From a virus (Duplodnaviria; Caudoviricetes): 51,048 nt of DNA. Position numbers and translations under genes: made by a program. This document shows, one piece after another, positions 7,934 to 17,100 of the stretch (its first letter is position 1; every line of letters starts with the position of its first letter). The notes beneath the pieces are model-generated. The model ran no database searches, was not told the DNA's origin, and worked only from the letters and a program-made list of their open reading frames with translations. The stretch covers positions 1 through 51,048 of IMG/VR virus record IMGVR_UViG_3300030331_003305. One strand, written 5' to 3'.

Positions 7934-9828
7934 CCGAAGAATCCACGAACGATGATGATGTCTGCACGACGCTCTAAGAGAGGTAGTAGCTCATTGAGAC
8001 AAGGGTCCTTCTGTGAGGCGAGCACCGACTTGCCCAGCATTTTGCTGGCATGAGAGCCATTCAGCAGGGCTAAGAACTTAGACGCTACGTGCTTAGGCCC
8101 CATGTTGTAGTCGGCCAAGTTATAGTAGGCAAGCCCTTTTTCCTCGGCAACTTGTTCCTGCAAAGGCTCCAAGATAGTGGAGAGCTTTGTGGGGATGTGA
8201 TCGGAAGGAAATGCGTTGATGTAAATCACCACAGGTGCTAGAGCTTCAGCAGCCACGGGCTCTTTGGGCTTCTCGACCACAGGGGTCGTAGTCACCACCA
8301 CATCTTCTTCGACCTTACCAACGGGCTTGAGATGCGTCTTAGTCTCCTCGACGGGCTCCTGCACCGTTACAGGGGCTTGAGCGAGCTTCTCTGCCATCTC
8401 GACCTCGTGGTCTGATACACCGAGTCGCAGTGTGCAGTCGTCTGTTGACATCTCCACAGGGACTCCAGCATCATTGACCCACTTCACGAGGGTCTTGATG
8501 GTACTGCTTCGGGGCAGTCGGTTACCAGATACAGCCTCCTTCGCCATCGTGCGAACCACTGTGTCTGTTAACACTTCGGAGCTGGACAGGGCCATCAGTG
8601 CTTTCTTCCAGAAGCTCTCGACTTGAGCGAGGTTCCAATTACCAGGAAGGCACTTGTTCTTTTTGAACTGCAGCATCGTATCGATGTAGTCCGATAGACC
8701 TCCAGTAGTTTTGGGCTGCTCCACAACGACCTCCACGTCTTTGAGGGAGATGTAGTTCATACCTTTAACCAATCGACCGCCGCACGCTTCCATGAGCTTG
8801 TTGGCATCTTCCTGCTCAATCTTACGCTGCAGGTGCCACTCTAGGAACTCGAACAAGGTATCGAAGGTGAAGTCCTCATCCGCGGCTTCCTTCTCTTGGA
8901 TAGCCTTGATGAGCTGCTCGCCTAAGCGAACCCAGTCCACTTCCTCTTTGGGAGCAAGGGGATGGTCAATCTCTGCAATCGCTTCGGACGCTTGCTTGAC
9001 TTCCTTTTTCAGCCTTTCGATTTCAGCTTTGGCTGCAGCTTGTTTGGCTTTCTGTTCGTTGATTTTATCCATGATACTCATATCTTCTTCTCCTGTTTCT
9101 TTTTTCTGTTTGGGGTTTGTTTTTGTCTTTTTCTTTGGATATGCACTGCAGTGTTCTTTGAACCAGCAGAACCGACACTGCGAAACGTCGGGTGTAATTT
9201 CTTCCTGACGTTGAGCTTTCGCGAGTCGTGACATTACCTTAGCGACTCGTTCGAAATCGCGCCAGTTTTTTTCTACATCTGCCCACTCCGCTTCCGCATC
9301 TACTCGGAAGGAAGTAGCTATTTTAGATTTGGTTAAGTAGTAGATGTGACTGAATTTAATCTTAGTGGGCTGGATGTTGAGCTTTCTCGCTAGGACATAG
9401 GCATAGGCCAACATCTGGGGATTGAGTGCCAGCTCTGCTTCAGTCTTGGCGTTTGAGCTACGGCTGGTAGTCTTGTGGTCGGAGATGTGCAGGATGCCAT
9501 CTTTACAAGTGTAGAAGTCCACCTTCCCGCGGAAGGGTAGAGGTCCACAAACATCTTCGACCCACTCCTCAACTTGGACTGTACCGGGTTCGGGTAAGAA
9601 CTCGATACCTGCCTTAGCGATGTTCACGAGCTTCTCGTCAATGTCAGGCAGCTCCTTACCTTTAAGATAGGCTTCCAGCCAATCGTGTACATCGATACCC
9701 GTCTGCAGTGCAGGGGTCTTAGGTACGTCAGGTTTGATGACGTAACCGATGTACCACTTGCGCTCACACTGATTGAACTGTGTGTACGACGAGGCACTGA
9801 TGCCCATCTTTCTTTTAGGTCTACCCAT
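7930..9828 (-). CDS. PD-(D/E)XK Cas4/RecB-like exonuclease with long C-terminal extension
   Basis: S.S....F..C.RKW, G.DVH..LE, GKVD...ISDHKT, QMLAY, C..C.....C. Confidence 0.85.
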   Translation of the reverse strand: MGRPKRKMGISASSYTQFNQCERKWYIGYVIKPDVPKTPALQTGIDVHDWLEAYLKGKELPDIDEKLVNIAKAGIEFLPEPGTVQVEEWVEDVCGPLPFRGKVDFYTCKDGILHISDHKTTSRSSNAKTEAELALNPQMLAYAYVLARKLNIQPTKIKFSHIYYLTKSKIATSFRVDAEAEWADVEKNWRDFERVAKVMSRLAKAQRQEEITPDVSQCRFCWFKEHCSAYPKKKTKTNPKQKKETGEEDMSIMDKINEQKAKQAAAKAEIERLKKEVKQASEAIAEIDHPLAPKEEVDWVRLGEQLIKAIQEKEAADEDFTFDTLFEFLEWHLQRKIEQEDANKLMEACGGRLVKGMNYISLKDVEVVVEQPKTTGGLSDYIDTMLQFKKNKCLPGNWNLAQVESFWKKALMALSSSEVLTDTVVRTMAKEAVSGNRLPRSSTIKTLVKWVNDAGVPVEMSTDDCTLRLGVSDHEVEMAEKLAQAPVTVQEPVEETKTHLKPVGKVEEDVVVTTTPVVEKPKEPVAAEALAPVVIYINAFPSDHIPTKLSTILEPLQEQVAEEKGLAYYNLADYNMGPKHVASKFLALLNGSHASKMLGKSVLASQKDPCLNELLPLLERRADIIIVRGFFG

Positions 9829-12153
9829 TTACTCTACTCTGTTTTTTGCTTTGTTTTCTGGTTCGTCTATTGGGAGGCCGAGGTTTTCTGCCTCGGTGAC
9901 CACTGATGCCCAGGGTATTGCCCAGAACACCAGTCGGCTTCCTCCTTTTCTTCTTTTGCTTGTCGAGAGGTTGGACAGCGCGTTGGCTAACCGTCTAGGT
10001 GTTGGTGACTTGAAGGACGGGAAGTACGCATCCCACTTGTCTACAACGACCTCTGTTGTAACATATACTTGTTCGTCTTGCTTAAAGCAAGCATCTTTCT
10101 TATTCCCATCACGAGAAATCATTTTGGCGATGATGTAGAGCACTTGGCTGTTGATACCGACGCTCACGATAAATCTTCTATGCCAGTCCTCTAGCCTACC
10201 TTCGACTAGCAATCGGTTGCCGTAGCGCACTACTCGATTCTGTGCGAGCCATGCGATGTGCTTGGCGATACGTCCAGGGTTGTTACCTTGCATCACCCAA
10301 TCCTTCGTGGCGTTCCTGCCTCCGAGGTTGCGTAGAAAGGTTGCTGCAGCACCTTGAGCTTCGATGTACAGGGTTCGAGATACGATAGCTTGCAAGTCCT
10401 CCTCGGTTAGTGAGTTGTTGAATTGAAGTGCTCGGTCATTGTTTGCACAGATGATAACGCGAGCACACCCCTGTACCCGGACAACAGGTTGGTTTTTTCT
10501 ATTGATGGAGTGGTCACTATTGGCGACTAGGTTACGGAATACGATGTCAGGACTCATCCCGCCTTGGGTCAGGGTCACACCCTCATCCGCGGCTACCACA
10601 GGACATTCGAGAAGTCCAGCATTAAACTGCGACATCATCTCCTGCAGGGGCGTTGCCTTGCTACCCCACACCGATGCCAGTGCAGAGATGAGCATCGACT
10701 TGCCTGTACCGGGTTTGCCTTTCAAGTACATGGCGCAAGTGGGTAGGTCCAAGACCTTGAGGGTAGCCAGCCAGTCTAGGAGCACGTCCACCTTTGGGCC
10801 TGCTAAGGTTTCCAGCCACTCGGCTACTTTGTCATCCTGTTCGGGCTCAACGCCTACAGGCACGCAGCATCCGAGGAACAGCGTACCCCCGTTGTCTTTC
10901 TTGAACTCGGCACGAGGCTGACCCATCACATAGATGACTTGGTTTACGACGCGCCCATGATCGGACACTAACTGTCGAACGCTAGAGGGAGTTCCCTTGG
11001 TGCTTCGAGTAGAGATAGTGGGGATACCCGCCAAGGTGTACGCCTCTAGAGCGTTGACCAACATATTCCCTCCCACAGGAAAAGGGTGGTACTGCCACGG
11101 CTCTTGGCGGGTATCCAATACATAGAAGTGTTTATCTTGATGGACGAGTATTGCGGGCTGTCGCTCCCGGTTTTGAGCTTGGGTCTTCTCCTCTCGGAGC
11201 TTACCTGCTTCGCGTGCTGCGATTCGACAGCACTTTTCCCAGGCGTTTTTGAGTGACGGAGCCCCTTCGGATTGGTCTGCAGCTACGCTTCGATGGATGA
11301 AGCGATAGATTTGATTGGGGTCTGTAGCTTTGAGATACCCACCGAGGGATGCGATGCACTCCATCAAGGCGTTGTCTCTGTTGCCGGGTTTGCCCAGGGG
11401 CTCTCCCTGTTGGAGCTTGTGCAAGTATCTTCCAGCGAGGGATGCGCCGATTAGGTGTCGCCACTCCTCTCGTGTAGGAGGTACGACCTCTCGTTTGGTA
11501 TCGTCGATGTGGGCGGTGCTGGTGCCCACTTCTGTTCTTAGTCGTGCGGGTGGTGTCCATGTGAGTGTGTATCCATCTGCGATAGGTGTGAAGTCAACAA
11601 CGGACTGTGTGTGTTTTCCGTCGCGTGTGACGTGGGGTAGTCGAAAGGACGTGGACCATACAGAGAGGGTCTCGGCTGTGTCAGCAGGGATGCCATTGTC
11701 GATAAGGTACTTACGAAACTGGTTGTAGAAGGACTTCCAGTGTCGAGCGAGTACGGGCTTATCGAGTCTCCAGACGAGTCGGTAGCCAGCGCGGGTGGTA
11801 TAGATACCCGCATCTTCGAGCAGGGGGTTGATGGTCAGCTCGTCCATAGCCTGTTGTTTTTGCTCTTGGCTCTCCCACTCTGCATGTCCGGGGTTGTCCA
11901 CGTCGATGAATAGCCACTGGACCTTGGGCTCTTTACCTTCGTCAATTAGCCACTGGTGAGCGGATTTGTTGATACGGGGTAGTTCTGTTTCTCCTTCTAT
12001 GTAGTAGCAAGCTACGTGTGCATCGGTTGTGTAGCGGGACTGGATAGCTTCCTTCCAGTCTAGTAGTGGAAATGTTCGGACGGCACTGGTGGGTCCGTCT
12101 AGGCCCTTGACGTGGCGGTCGGGCCAGACGCATAGTTGGGTCATGGGGTTCAC
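9829..12153 (-). CDS. Primase/PrimPol fused to SF3 (D5-like) helicase
   Basis: FIDVD and YTTRAGYRL (AEP motifs), FRLP, GNRDN (PriCT-like), GKPGTGKS, VAADE, IICAN. Confidence 0.85.
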   Translation of the reverse strand: MNPMTQLCVWPDRHVKGLDGPTSAVRTFPLLDWKEAIQSRYTTDAHVACYYIEGETELPRINKSAHQWLIDEGKEPKVQWLFIDVDNPGHAEWESQEQKQQAMDELTINPLLEDAGIYTTRAGYRLVWRLDKPVLARHWKSFYNQFRKYLIDNGIPADTAETLSVWSTSFRLPHVTRDGKHTQSVVDFTPIADGYTLTWTPPARLRTEVGTSTAHIDDTKREVVPPTREEWRHLIGASLAGRYLHKLQQGEPLGKPGNRDNALMECIASLGGYLKATDPNQIYRFIHRSVAADQSEGAPSLKNAWEKCCRIAAREAGKLREEKTQAQNRERQPAILVHQDKHFYVLDTRQEPWQYHPFPVGGNMLVNALEAYTLAGIPTISTRSTKGTPSSVRQLVSDHGRVVNQVIYVMGQPRAEFKKDNGGTLFLGCCVPVGVEPEQDDKVAEWLETLAGPKVDVLLDWLATLKVLDLPTCAMYLKGKPGTGKSMLISALASVWGSKATPLQEMMSQFNAGLLECPVVAADEGVTLTQGGMSPDIVFRNLVANSDHSINRKNQPVVRVQGCARVIICANNDRALQFNNSLTEEDLQAIVSRTLYIEAQGAAATFLRNLGGRNATKDWVMQGNNPGRIAKHIAWLAQNRVVRYGNRLLVEGRLEDWHRRFIVSVGINSQVLYIIAKMISRDGNKKDACFKQDEQVYVTTEVVVDKWDAYFPSFKSPTPRRLANALSNLSTSKRRKGGSRLVFWAIPWASVVTEAENLGLPIDEPENKAKNRVE

Positions 12154-12185
12154 CTAGAGGTATGTATGTGGGAGATGTATGTAGT

Positions 12186-12479
12186 CTATCTGCTGCTAGA
12201 CTTCGCTTGCGGTGGAGCTGCTGGCCAGAAGGCTAGGTAGTCTGCCGCGACCTCGCTGTAGTACCACTTGTTCTTATTGTGGCGCAAGGCAAATTTTGTA
12301 ACTAGCCCTTTGTTGGCTAGTCGCTTCAGTGAATCTTGCACCCCTCGAAGGGAGATGCCCGTTGTTTCGTGCAGCTCTGCTGTAGTGCAGCCTGTGGACC
12401 CTGCGGTATGCAACGCCATAAGTAAGTCGTATTGTGTTTTCTTTATAGTTAGTGATCGTCCGTCTGCTTGTTTCGGCAT
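12186..12479 (-). CDS. Winged-helix transcription regulator
   Basis: TTAELHETTGISLRGVQDSLKRLANKGLV wHTH signature. Confidence 0.8.
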   Translation of the reverse strand: MPKQADGRSLTIKKTQYDLLMALHTAGSTGCTTAELHETTGISLRGVQDSLKRLANKGLVTKFALRHNKNKWYYSEVAADYLAFWPAAPPQAKSSSR

Positions 12480-12494
12480 TGTGTTTTCCTTTTC

Positions 12495-12701
12495 TTATAT
12501 CAGTTTGTCCAACCATCCTGGCTGGATTTCATCTTCTGGGTTTTTGGTTGCCCGGTCGATGGCGACCTCAAGTTGATTTTTTGTGAGGAGCAAATTTTGA
12601 TAGCCATCCCCCTTCCACACTAGCACTCTGAAGTAGACCCCACTAGAGCCTTTCTTAGCATCTAGGTTTTCTATCTTTTCAAGTTTTCCTCGTTTCAACA
12701 T
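12495..12701 (-). CDS. Hypothetical protein
   Basis: GGAGG SD; operon context. Confidence 0.7.
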   Translation of the reverse strand: MLKRGKLEKIENLDAKKGSSGVYFRVLVWKGDGYQNLLLTKNQLEVAIDRATKNPEDEIQPGWLDKLI

Positions 12702-12764
12702 GGGACCATCCTCCGAACTGGTTTGGTGTTCTTTGTTAATTACTATCAGATTTTTGTAGCGAGG

Positions 12765-12995
12765 TCACCTCCTCCTGCTCGGATGCTGGGGTAGTATCTC
12801 CAGCTTCGCGTTCACTCGCTTAGCCTTGCAGGTCAGGCAAGGGTTAAGGTGCGTACATCTCTGCTCTGGGAACATCGACTTGACGCTGCCCTCACACCCG
12901 CGTTGGGCTAGTGTGTCGATAAGTCTTAGCGCATCTACGCCCAGTTCAAGATTCATCACTACGCCCTCCACCAGACGGGCTGGTTCCTTTTCCAC
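12765..12995 (-). CDS. Small Cys-rich hypothetical protein (start may be 12959)
   Basis: C...C.H..PCLTC; operon context. Confidence 0.5.
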   Translation of the reverse strand: MEKEPARLVEGVVMNLELGVDALRLIDTLAQRGCEGSVKSMFPEQRCTHLNPCLTCKAKRVNAKLEILPQHPSRRR

Positions 12996-13420
12996 TTTGC
13001 AAACCCCTTCTCTCCGATGTAGAACGCTCGATAGGCTTGGACCACATCGTCAGTCTTGTACTGGTCTGGCATACACTGTGGCTGCGTCGACCATCCGTTG
13101 TCCTCGATGCAGGAGCGTTGTAGCCTAGTGGCCTCGATAACTTCCTGGCAAGCATGTATCTTACCATAGCGGGCGGTGTACTCCCAGCACAAGGCGAGAC
13201 CGTGTTGGACTAGCCAGTCGAAGTGCTGACGGCTGTCACGGGTCCAGACGGTACACGGATGGTTTTTGTGTGTGGGCTTGTACCTTGCGTATCCACCGTT
13301 GAGCACGATGGCAGTACAAAGCATTTGAGCGCACTCTAGTGGCATCTTGACAATGTGCTTGTCGCACTGTTGCTTGGCTGCGCTGATGGGGTCTGTGTCT
13401 AGTACAAAGATGTTCATCAC
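12959..13420 (-). CDS. Pyrimidine-dimer DNA glycosylase / endonuclease V-like protein
   Basis: MNIF.LD.DP..AA...CDKHIVKMPLE.AQML, H.NHPCT.W.R, EY..RYGK.H, AYR.FY...K. Confidence 0.85.
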   Translation of the reverse strand: MMNIFVLDTDPISAAKQQCDKHIVKMPLECAQMLCTAIVLNGGYARYKPTHKNHPCTVWTRDSRQHFDWLVQHGLALCWEYTARYGKIHACQEVIEATRLQRSCIEDNGWSTQPQCMPDQYKTDDVVQAYRAFYIGEKGFAKWKRNQPVWWRA

Positions 13421-13881
13421 TCCCCCTCCACCGCCATCGCCACGTTGTCGAAGTCGGATATATCTAGCTCGTCCCAGTCTGCGTAGGCAGGTTCCTCGTA
13501 GACCTCATGTATATCGACGAAATCTTGAGGGTCACCTATGCTACCAGCAGCTGACTCCCACTCGTCTATCCAAGACTGGTACGAAAGCCCTTTCTCACTC
13601 TCCTGCCATTTCTCACTTCGAGCGTCGAAGAACTCTGTCAGAGAGTCTCGCACTTCTTCTGCGAATTCTTCAGCTTCTTCTAAGCAACTTCTATCTAAGT
13701 TGCCTATGTCGCTCAAAAGGTCAGCCCCTAGATTCTCTACGGTGTCGTGCAACTCTTGGTATAGTTCCGCGAGCTTGTCGTTGTATGCGCTCACAAGAGC
13801 GCTGCCTTCTGCTTGGTACTCCTCTAGCTTATCGACTATCTCTCTATGTCTAGCTTGTTGTGATGATGTTAGTTTTTTCAT
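13417..13881 (-). CDS. Highly acidic early protein
   Basis: Own promoter and GAGG SD; RSEKWQESEKG..Y..W..EWE motif; very D/E-rich. Confidence 0.8.
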   Translation of the reverse strand: MKKLTSSQQARHREIVDKLEEYQAEGSALVSAYNDKLAELYQELHDTVENLGADLLSDIGNLDRSCLEEAEEFAEEVRDSLTEFFDARSEKWQESEKGLSYQSWIDEWESAAGSIGDPQDFVDIHEVYEEPAYADWDELDISDFDNVAMAVEGE

Positions 13882-13920
13882 TTGTCTTTTCCTCTTTGGT
13901 TTTGTTTAGTTGGTTTGAAT

Positions 13921-13948
13921 AAGTTAATAGCTTTTCGCGAATAGTCAA
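13921..13948 (-). promoter_or_regulatory. Sigma70-type promoter with TTCGCGAA operator in the spacer
   Basis: TTGACT-16-TAACTT; TTCGCGAA at 13934-13941. Confidence 0.65.
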
Positions 13949-13957
13949 TAGTTTATT

Positions 13958-13990
13958 TAAAAGAAAAGAGGGGGTAGTATGTCTCCCCCC
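13958..13990 (-). terminator. Intrinsic terminator
   Basis: Minus strand GGGGGGAG-ACATAC-TACCCCCT followed by CTTTTCTTTT. Confidence 0.75.
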
Positions 13991-14680
13991 GCTCATGCTC
14001 TTGACCTCTTTCGAGTACACACACCGGCAAAGTTAAACCGTTCAAGAGCTTCCTCCCTGTTCTCGTCTCTCGACACTGAACAGCAAGCAAATGTCTGCGA
14101 GGATGTTCTGCGCTTGGGTCAAGTCGTTGGCCAGTAGACTCAACCCTCCACGCCCTTACAAAGTAACTACTCAGGATAGCCAAGTTGCAAGACCCTTTCG
14201 GGACACCTCCCAGGTTTCCCCAGGAGGTAGAGAGGCTTCCACCTCTCGCAGTTGTATTCTAGGGGCTGCCCCCATTTCCCTGAGACTTTTTGAGTTCTTA
14301 GGGTGGATGCCTAATCCGACCGTTAGGAGGATGAATACACAAGTCCCCCCTAAGCAACTCAACAGTAATGAAGCCCTCTACAGCTTCCCCTCTTGAGTTA
14401 CTCACTGGCAGGTTTTACCTTGGGTAGAGACCAAGTTAGTCCTGCCGCGCTCACAAGTCCGGTGGCAGGAGTGTGTGAACACTCCCCATGTCGGACGCGC
14501 TTCTGCCTATCAACCGTCTACTTACGGTTGAGGAGAGGCCCGGTTAAAAAACCTCTCATTTAAAGACCCGGCAGCTAGGGGTCAGTTAGCGATGTAAAAG
14601 AACAATGATGTCTATGGAGGCATGAAGGGCTCCTTGGTTGTGGCATTTAAGGGAATGTTTTTCTTATGTTCCCTCCCCCC
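13960..14680 (-). ncRNA. Large structured ncRNA, ROOL-like candidate
   Basis: No credible ORF; more than 10 stems, several nested; GAAA/GAGA tetraloops and G-U pairs mostly favour the minus strand; TATAAT at 14684-14689; terminator at the 3' end. Confidence 0.7.
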
Positions 14681-14736
14681 TCAATTATATAGACGGACTC
14701 GAACCACATCTTCGGATACGCAATCTGCATTTTTAT

Positions 14737-15132
14737 TCAATCTCTCTCTCCTTCAATGCTTGGCCAGCTAGATGTAAAGGACATCATCGCTTCCAGCTCC
14801 CTATCTCTGTTGTTAATAAAGTTGTCCATCTCGTCTCGACGAGCTGCGTGAACCCCGCCATACATTACCGGATGCTCACTAGGACGTACACACGGGCTAC
14901 CTTTATTTGCACCGCACTTATCGCATGGCACCTCACGGGAAATCACCCTTCGCATTAGTCTTGTAAACTTATCCCCTGGAGTCGTGCCGTGGATGTGGTG
15001 AGGGTTGCCCATAGCCTTCGCAACCTTCAGACCTTCAAGTGCAAACCAGTGGCTGATGAAGTAACTAAAGTCCTCACCTTCCCACTTCAATACATAGTCT
15101 CTACCCGGAGTTCCTTTATCTAAGGACCACAT
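14737..15132 (-). CDS. Hypothetical protein with C-terminal zinc finger
   Basis: V.CDKCGA.KG.PC....H..R. Confidence 0.7.
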   Translation of the reverse strand: MWSLDKGTPGRDYVLKWEGEDFSYFISHWFALEGLKVAKAMGNPHHIHGTTPGDKFTRLMRRVISREVPCDKCGANKGSPCVRPSEHPVMYGGVHAARRDEMDNFINNRDRELEAMMSFTSSWPSIEGERD

Positions 15133-15133
15133 G

Positions 15134-15328
15134 CTACTCTATCTCCTCGGCGCACACCCAGACCCACGCCTGGACGTAGCACCCTTTCGCATCTTCATCA
15201 TCACTGATGGACACCTCTGCTTCCTCGTCCACTTCGATGTGCCCTTCGTCATGGTAGAGCCTACGGGCTGCGTTGCGGTACTTGGCTTCTAGGTACATTC
15301 TTGCTGCTATACGGGAGGCTTTCATCAC
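15134..15328 (-). CDS. Hypothetical phage protein
   Basis: IEVD..A.VS....G.YVQAWVWV motif; GGAGG SD. Confidence 0.7.
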   Translation of the reverse strand: MMKASRIAARMYLEAKYRNAARRLYHDEGHIEVDEEAEVSISDDEDAKGCYVQAWVWVCAEEIE

Positions 15329-15648
15329 TCACCTCCCATCTCTAGTGTCATGCTCCCATGCTCCTCCACTGTATCCAGCGTGTCGTCTATGAAGTTGAGG
15401 ATTCCATCTAGGTGCTCTATGGATTCCTTAGTAAGCCCTGGAGACGAGGTAGGCTTGCCGTCGATACGTTCTACCAATGCACCGAGGATGTTGATGATGG
15501 TGTCTTTCTGGTATCTAAGAAGTTCAGTGTCTATCTTTCTCGTTTGATTCATTCTCTTTGCTCCTCCGTCTTTCATTACGAAAGCGTGCTTGTAGTCTGG
15601 TTGTTCTGATTTCAGTCTTTCGATTTCTTCTTCTGTCATTGTCCACAT
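15325..15648 (-). CDS. Hypothetical protein
   Basis: Coupled ORF in early operon. Confidence 0.7.
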   Translation of the reverse strand: MWTMTEEEIERLKSEQPDYKHAFVMKDGGAKRMNQTRKIDTELLRYQKDTIINILGALVERIDGKPTSSPGLTKESIEHLDGILNFIDDTLDTVEEHGSMTLEMGGE

Positions 15649-15712
15649 CCTTTTCTAATCCCTGCCCACATGGTGGCTGTAAAGAACAGCACCACCCAAA
15701 ACATCGGCCACG

Positions 15713-15931
15713 TTAGCATGGTGCGTCCCCCGTGTACTCACACTTGGCCCATTCCACTAGGTGGTCAGTGGGCACTACCAGCTTCACAGTGATGGTGGTT
15801 TCTCCAAAGTAGTCATCGTGGTACACATCACCTTTGGTGGGCACCTTTATATCAAACTCCACAGGTCGGGCTTTGCTCTCTCTGATTAGTTCACGCACAC
15901 CATGACGTGCTTGTGCATCTGTCAGTTCCAT
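15713..15931 (-). CDS. Hypothetical protein
   Basis: Follows a promoter and an A/C-rich leader. Confidence 0.7.
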   Translation of the reverse strand: MELTDAQARHGVRELIRESKARPVEFDIKVPTKGDVYHDDYFGETTITVKLVVPTDHLVEWAKCEYTGDAPC

Positions 15932-15977
15932 TTCGTTTCTCTCTTTGTTTTTGTTTTCGGTTTTGTTTTGCTTGAGT

Positions 15978-16006
15978 ATCGTAGTTTTCTATTCGCGAAA
16001 GGTCAA
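15978..16006 (-). promoter_or_regulatory. Sigma70-type promoter with TTCGCGAA operator
   Basis: TTGACC-17-TACGAT; TTCGCGAA at 15992-15999. Confidence 0.75.
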
Positions 16007-16188
16007 CTACTTTCTTTTTCTTTTTGGTATCCATCTCGATACCAGCCTCCTCCTTTCAGTGCGAAGTTGGTTCGGCTGATGAGCTTCGTCATAGGTTTGC
16101 CGCAGCACTCTGGTGGTGGGTCATCGTAGCGTTGTAACTTCGTGGCTCCCCTGCCACACTTCCCACAGTGGTATTCATACAGTGGCAT
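16003..16188 (-). CDS. FmdB-family zinc-ribbon protein
   Basis: MPLYEY.C..CG...C.CG..M.KLIS...F.LKGGGWY.DGY. Confidence 0.9.
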   Translation of the reverse strand: MPLYEYHCGKCGRGATKLQRYDDPPPECCGKPMTKLISRTNFALKGGGWYRDGYQKEKESS

Positions 16189-16201
16189 TGATGTTTATCC
16201 T

Positions 16202-16708
16202 CTAGAATGTGCCAGCGTTCCATTGGCGAATCATACTATCATACGTCTCGTCCATAGCGCGGTCTGCTTCTGCCTGACCTAGCACAGCGTCTGCGTGGTC
16301 GTCGAACATCTCCTCTAGATCCCATTCAGATATGAGTTTGTGCTCCATCTCGACGTACTCCCGTTTGGTCATGTCACACCCGTCTTTCCACTTCTCGAAC
16401 TTCTCAAGGTCGATACCCTTTTCTAGTACAGCACTCACCATGGCTTCGAGTTCTGTGTATACCTCGTTCAGAATGTCGGTCATGTATGGTCCAACGGAGT
16501 CCTCTTTCTCCTCCTTTAAGTCTTGTAGGGGTTCATCGGTAGCCTCCTCGAAAGTTAGCATCTTTGGTGTGTTGTCTGTCTTACTCATTGTTCTCTCCTT
16601 GTTACTCATTGGTCTTTGTCTCCCTAAGTTCACATTCCTGTGGTGATATGGAAGTTCTTCCTTAGCTTTCTCTGTCTCTAAGTGAGACTGTAGTTTACTC
16701 CCTGTCAT
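16202..16708 (-). CDS. Acidic hypothetical protein (start 16708 or 16588)
   Basis: TAATG overlap at 16708; AAGGAG SD before 16588. Confidence 0.7.
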   Translation of the reverse strand: MTGSKLQSHLETEKAKEELPYHHRNVNLGRQRPMSNKERTMSKTDNTPKMLTFEEATDEPLQDLKEEKEDSVGPYMTDILNEVYTELEAMVSAVLEKGIDLEKFEKWKDGCDMTKREYVEMEHKLISEWDLEEMFDDHADAVLGQAEADRAMDETYDSMIRQWNAGTF

Positions 16709-17049
16709 TATGCCCCCTTCGCCATGCGCTCTGCGGTTTTGATTAGGACGGTTGCCCAATCGTATCGTGTCAGGTTGCGTACAAAACTCTGGCCGTTTGA
16801 GTAGCTACCCTCTACCATGTTGGGCCTGGCCCCAAACTTGGCTTCGTACGCTCGGATGAATGTATCTACATCTTGGTCTTCCTCAAGGTAGAAGGTCTGG
16901 CAGTCTCGCTTCATGTAGGAGTAGCGGGTTAGCTTGTCTCCAATGCCTAGCAGGTAGACCATAGCGAAGGGTACTTCGAGCCACCCATGTTGGGGGTCAG
17001 TGTGTGTTTTGTAGGTGTTGACGTTTTGGTTTTGTGTGTTGTCTGACAT
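16708..17049 (-). CDS. Conserved hypothetical early phage protein
   Basis: DP.HGWL.VP....LGI.....YSY.....YLEED.D motif; ATG 17049 follows an A/C-rich leader. Confidence 0.75.
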   Translation of the reverse strand: MSDNTQNQNVNTYKTHTDPQHGWLEVPFAMVYLLGIGDKLTRYSYMKRDCQTFYLEEDQDVDTFIRAYEAKFGARPNMVEGSYSNGQSFVRNLTRYDWATVLIKTAERMAKGA

Positions 17050-17100
17050 TTTGTTTCTCACTGTTAGGTTTTGATTAGGTTTTTGTTTTGTCTTGTTAGG

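Noticed and set aside
7930-9828. CRISPR-Cas system suggested by the Cas4-like nuclease
   Set aside because: No repeat-spacer array or other cas genes; stand-alone Cas4-like nucleases are common in phage replication modules.
13960-14680. Group I/II intron, tmRNA or RNase P; ORFs 13953-14183, 14091-14396, 14171-14362
   Set aside because: No interrupted gene, no recognisable intron core, tRNA-like ends or P4 signature; the ORFs lack SD and protein-like motifs.
14690-14735. tRNA-like T-arm GGTTCGAGTCC (minus, 14695-14705) with a possible GCG anticodon loop just upstream of the large RNA
   Set aside because: No acceptor stem or D-arm can be built; at most a degenerate remnant.
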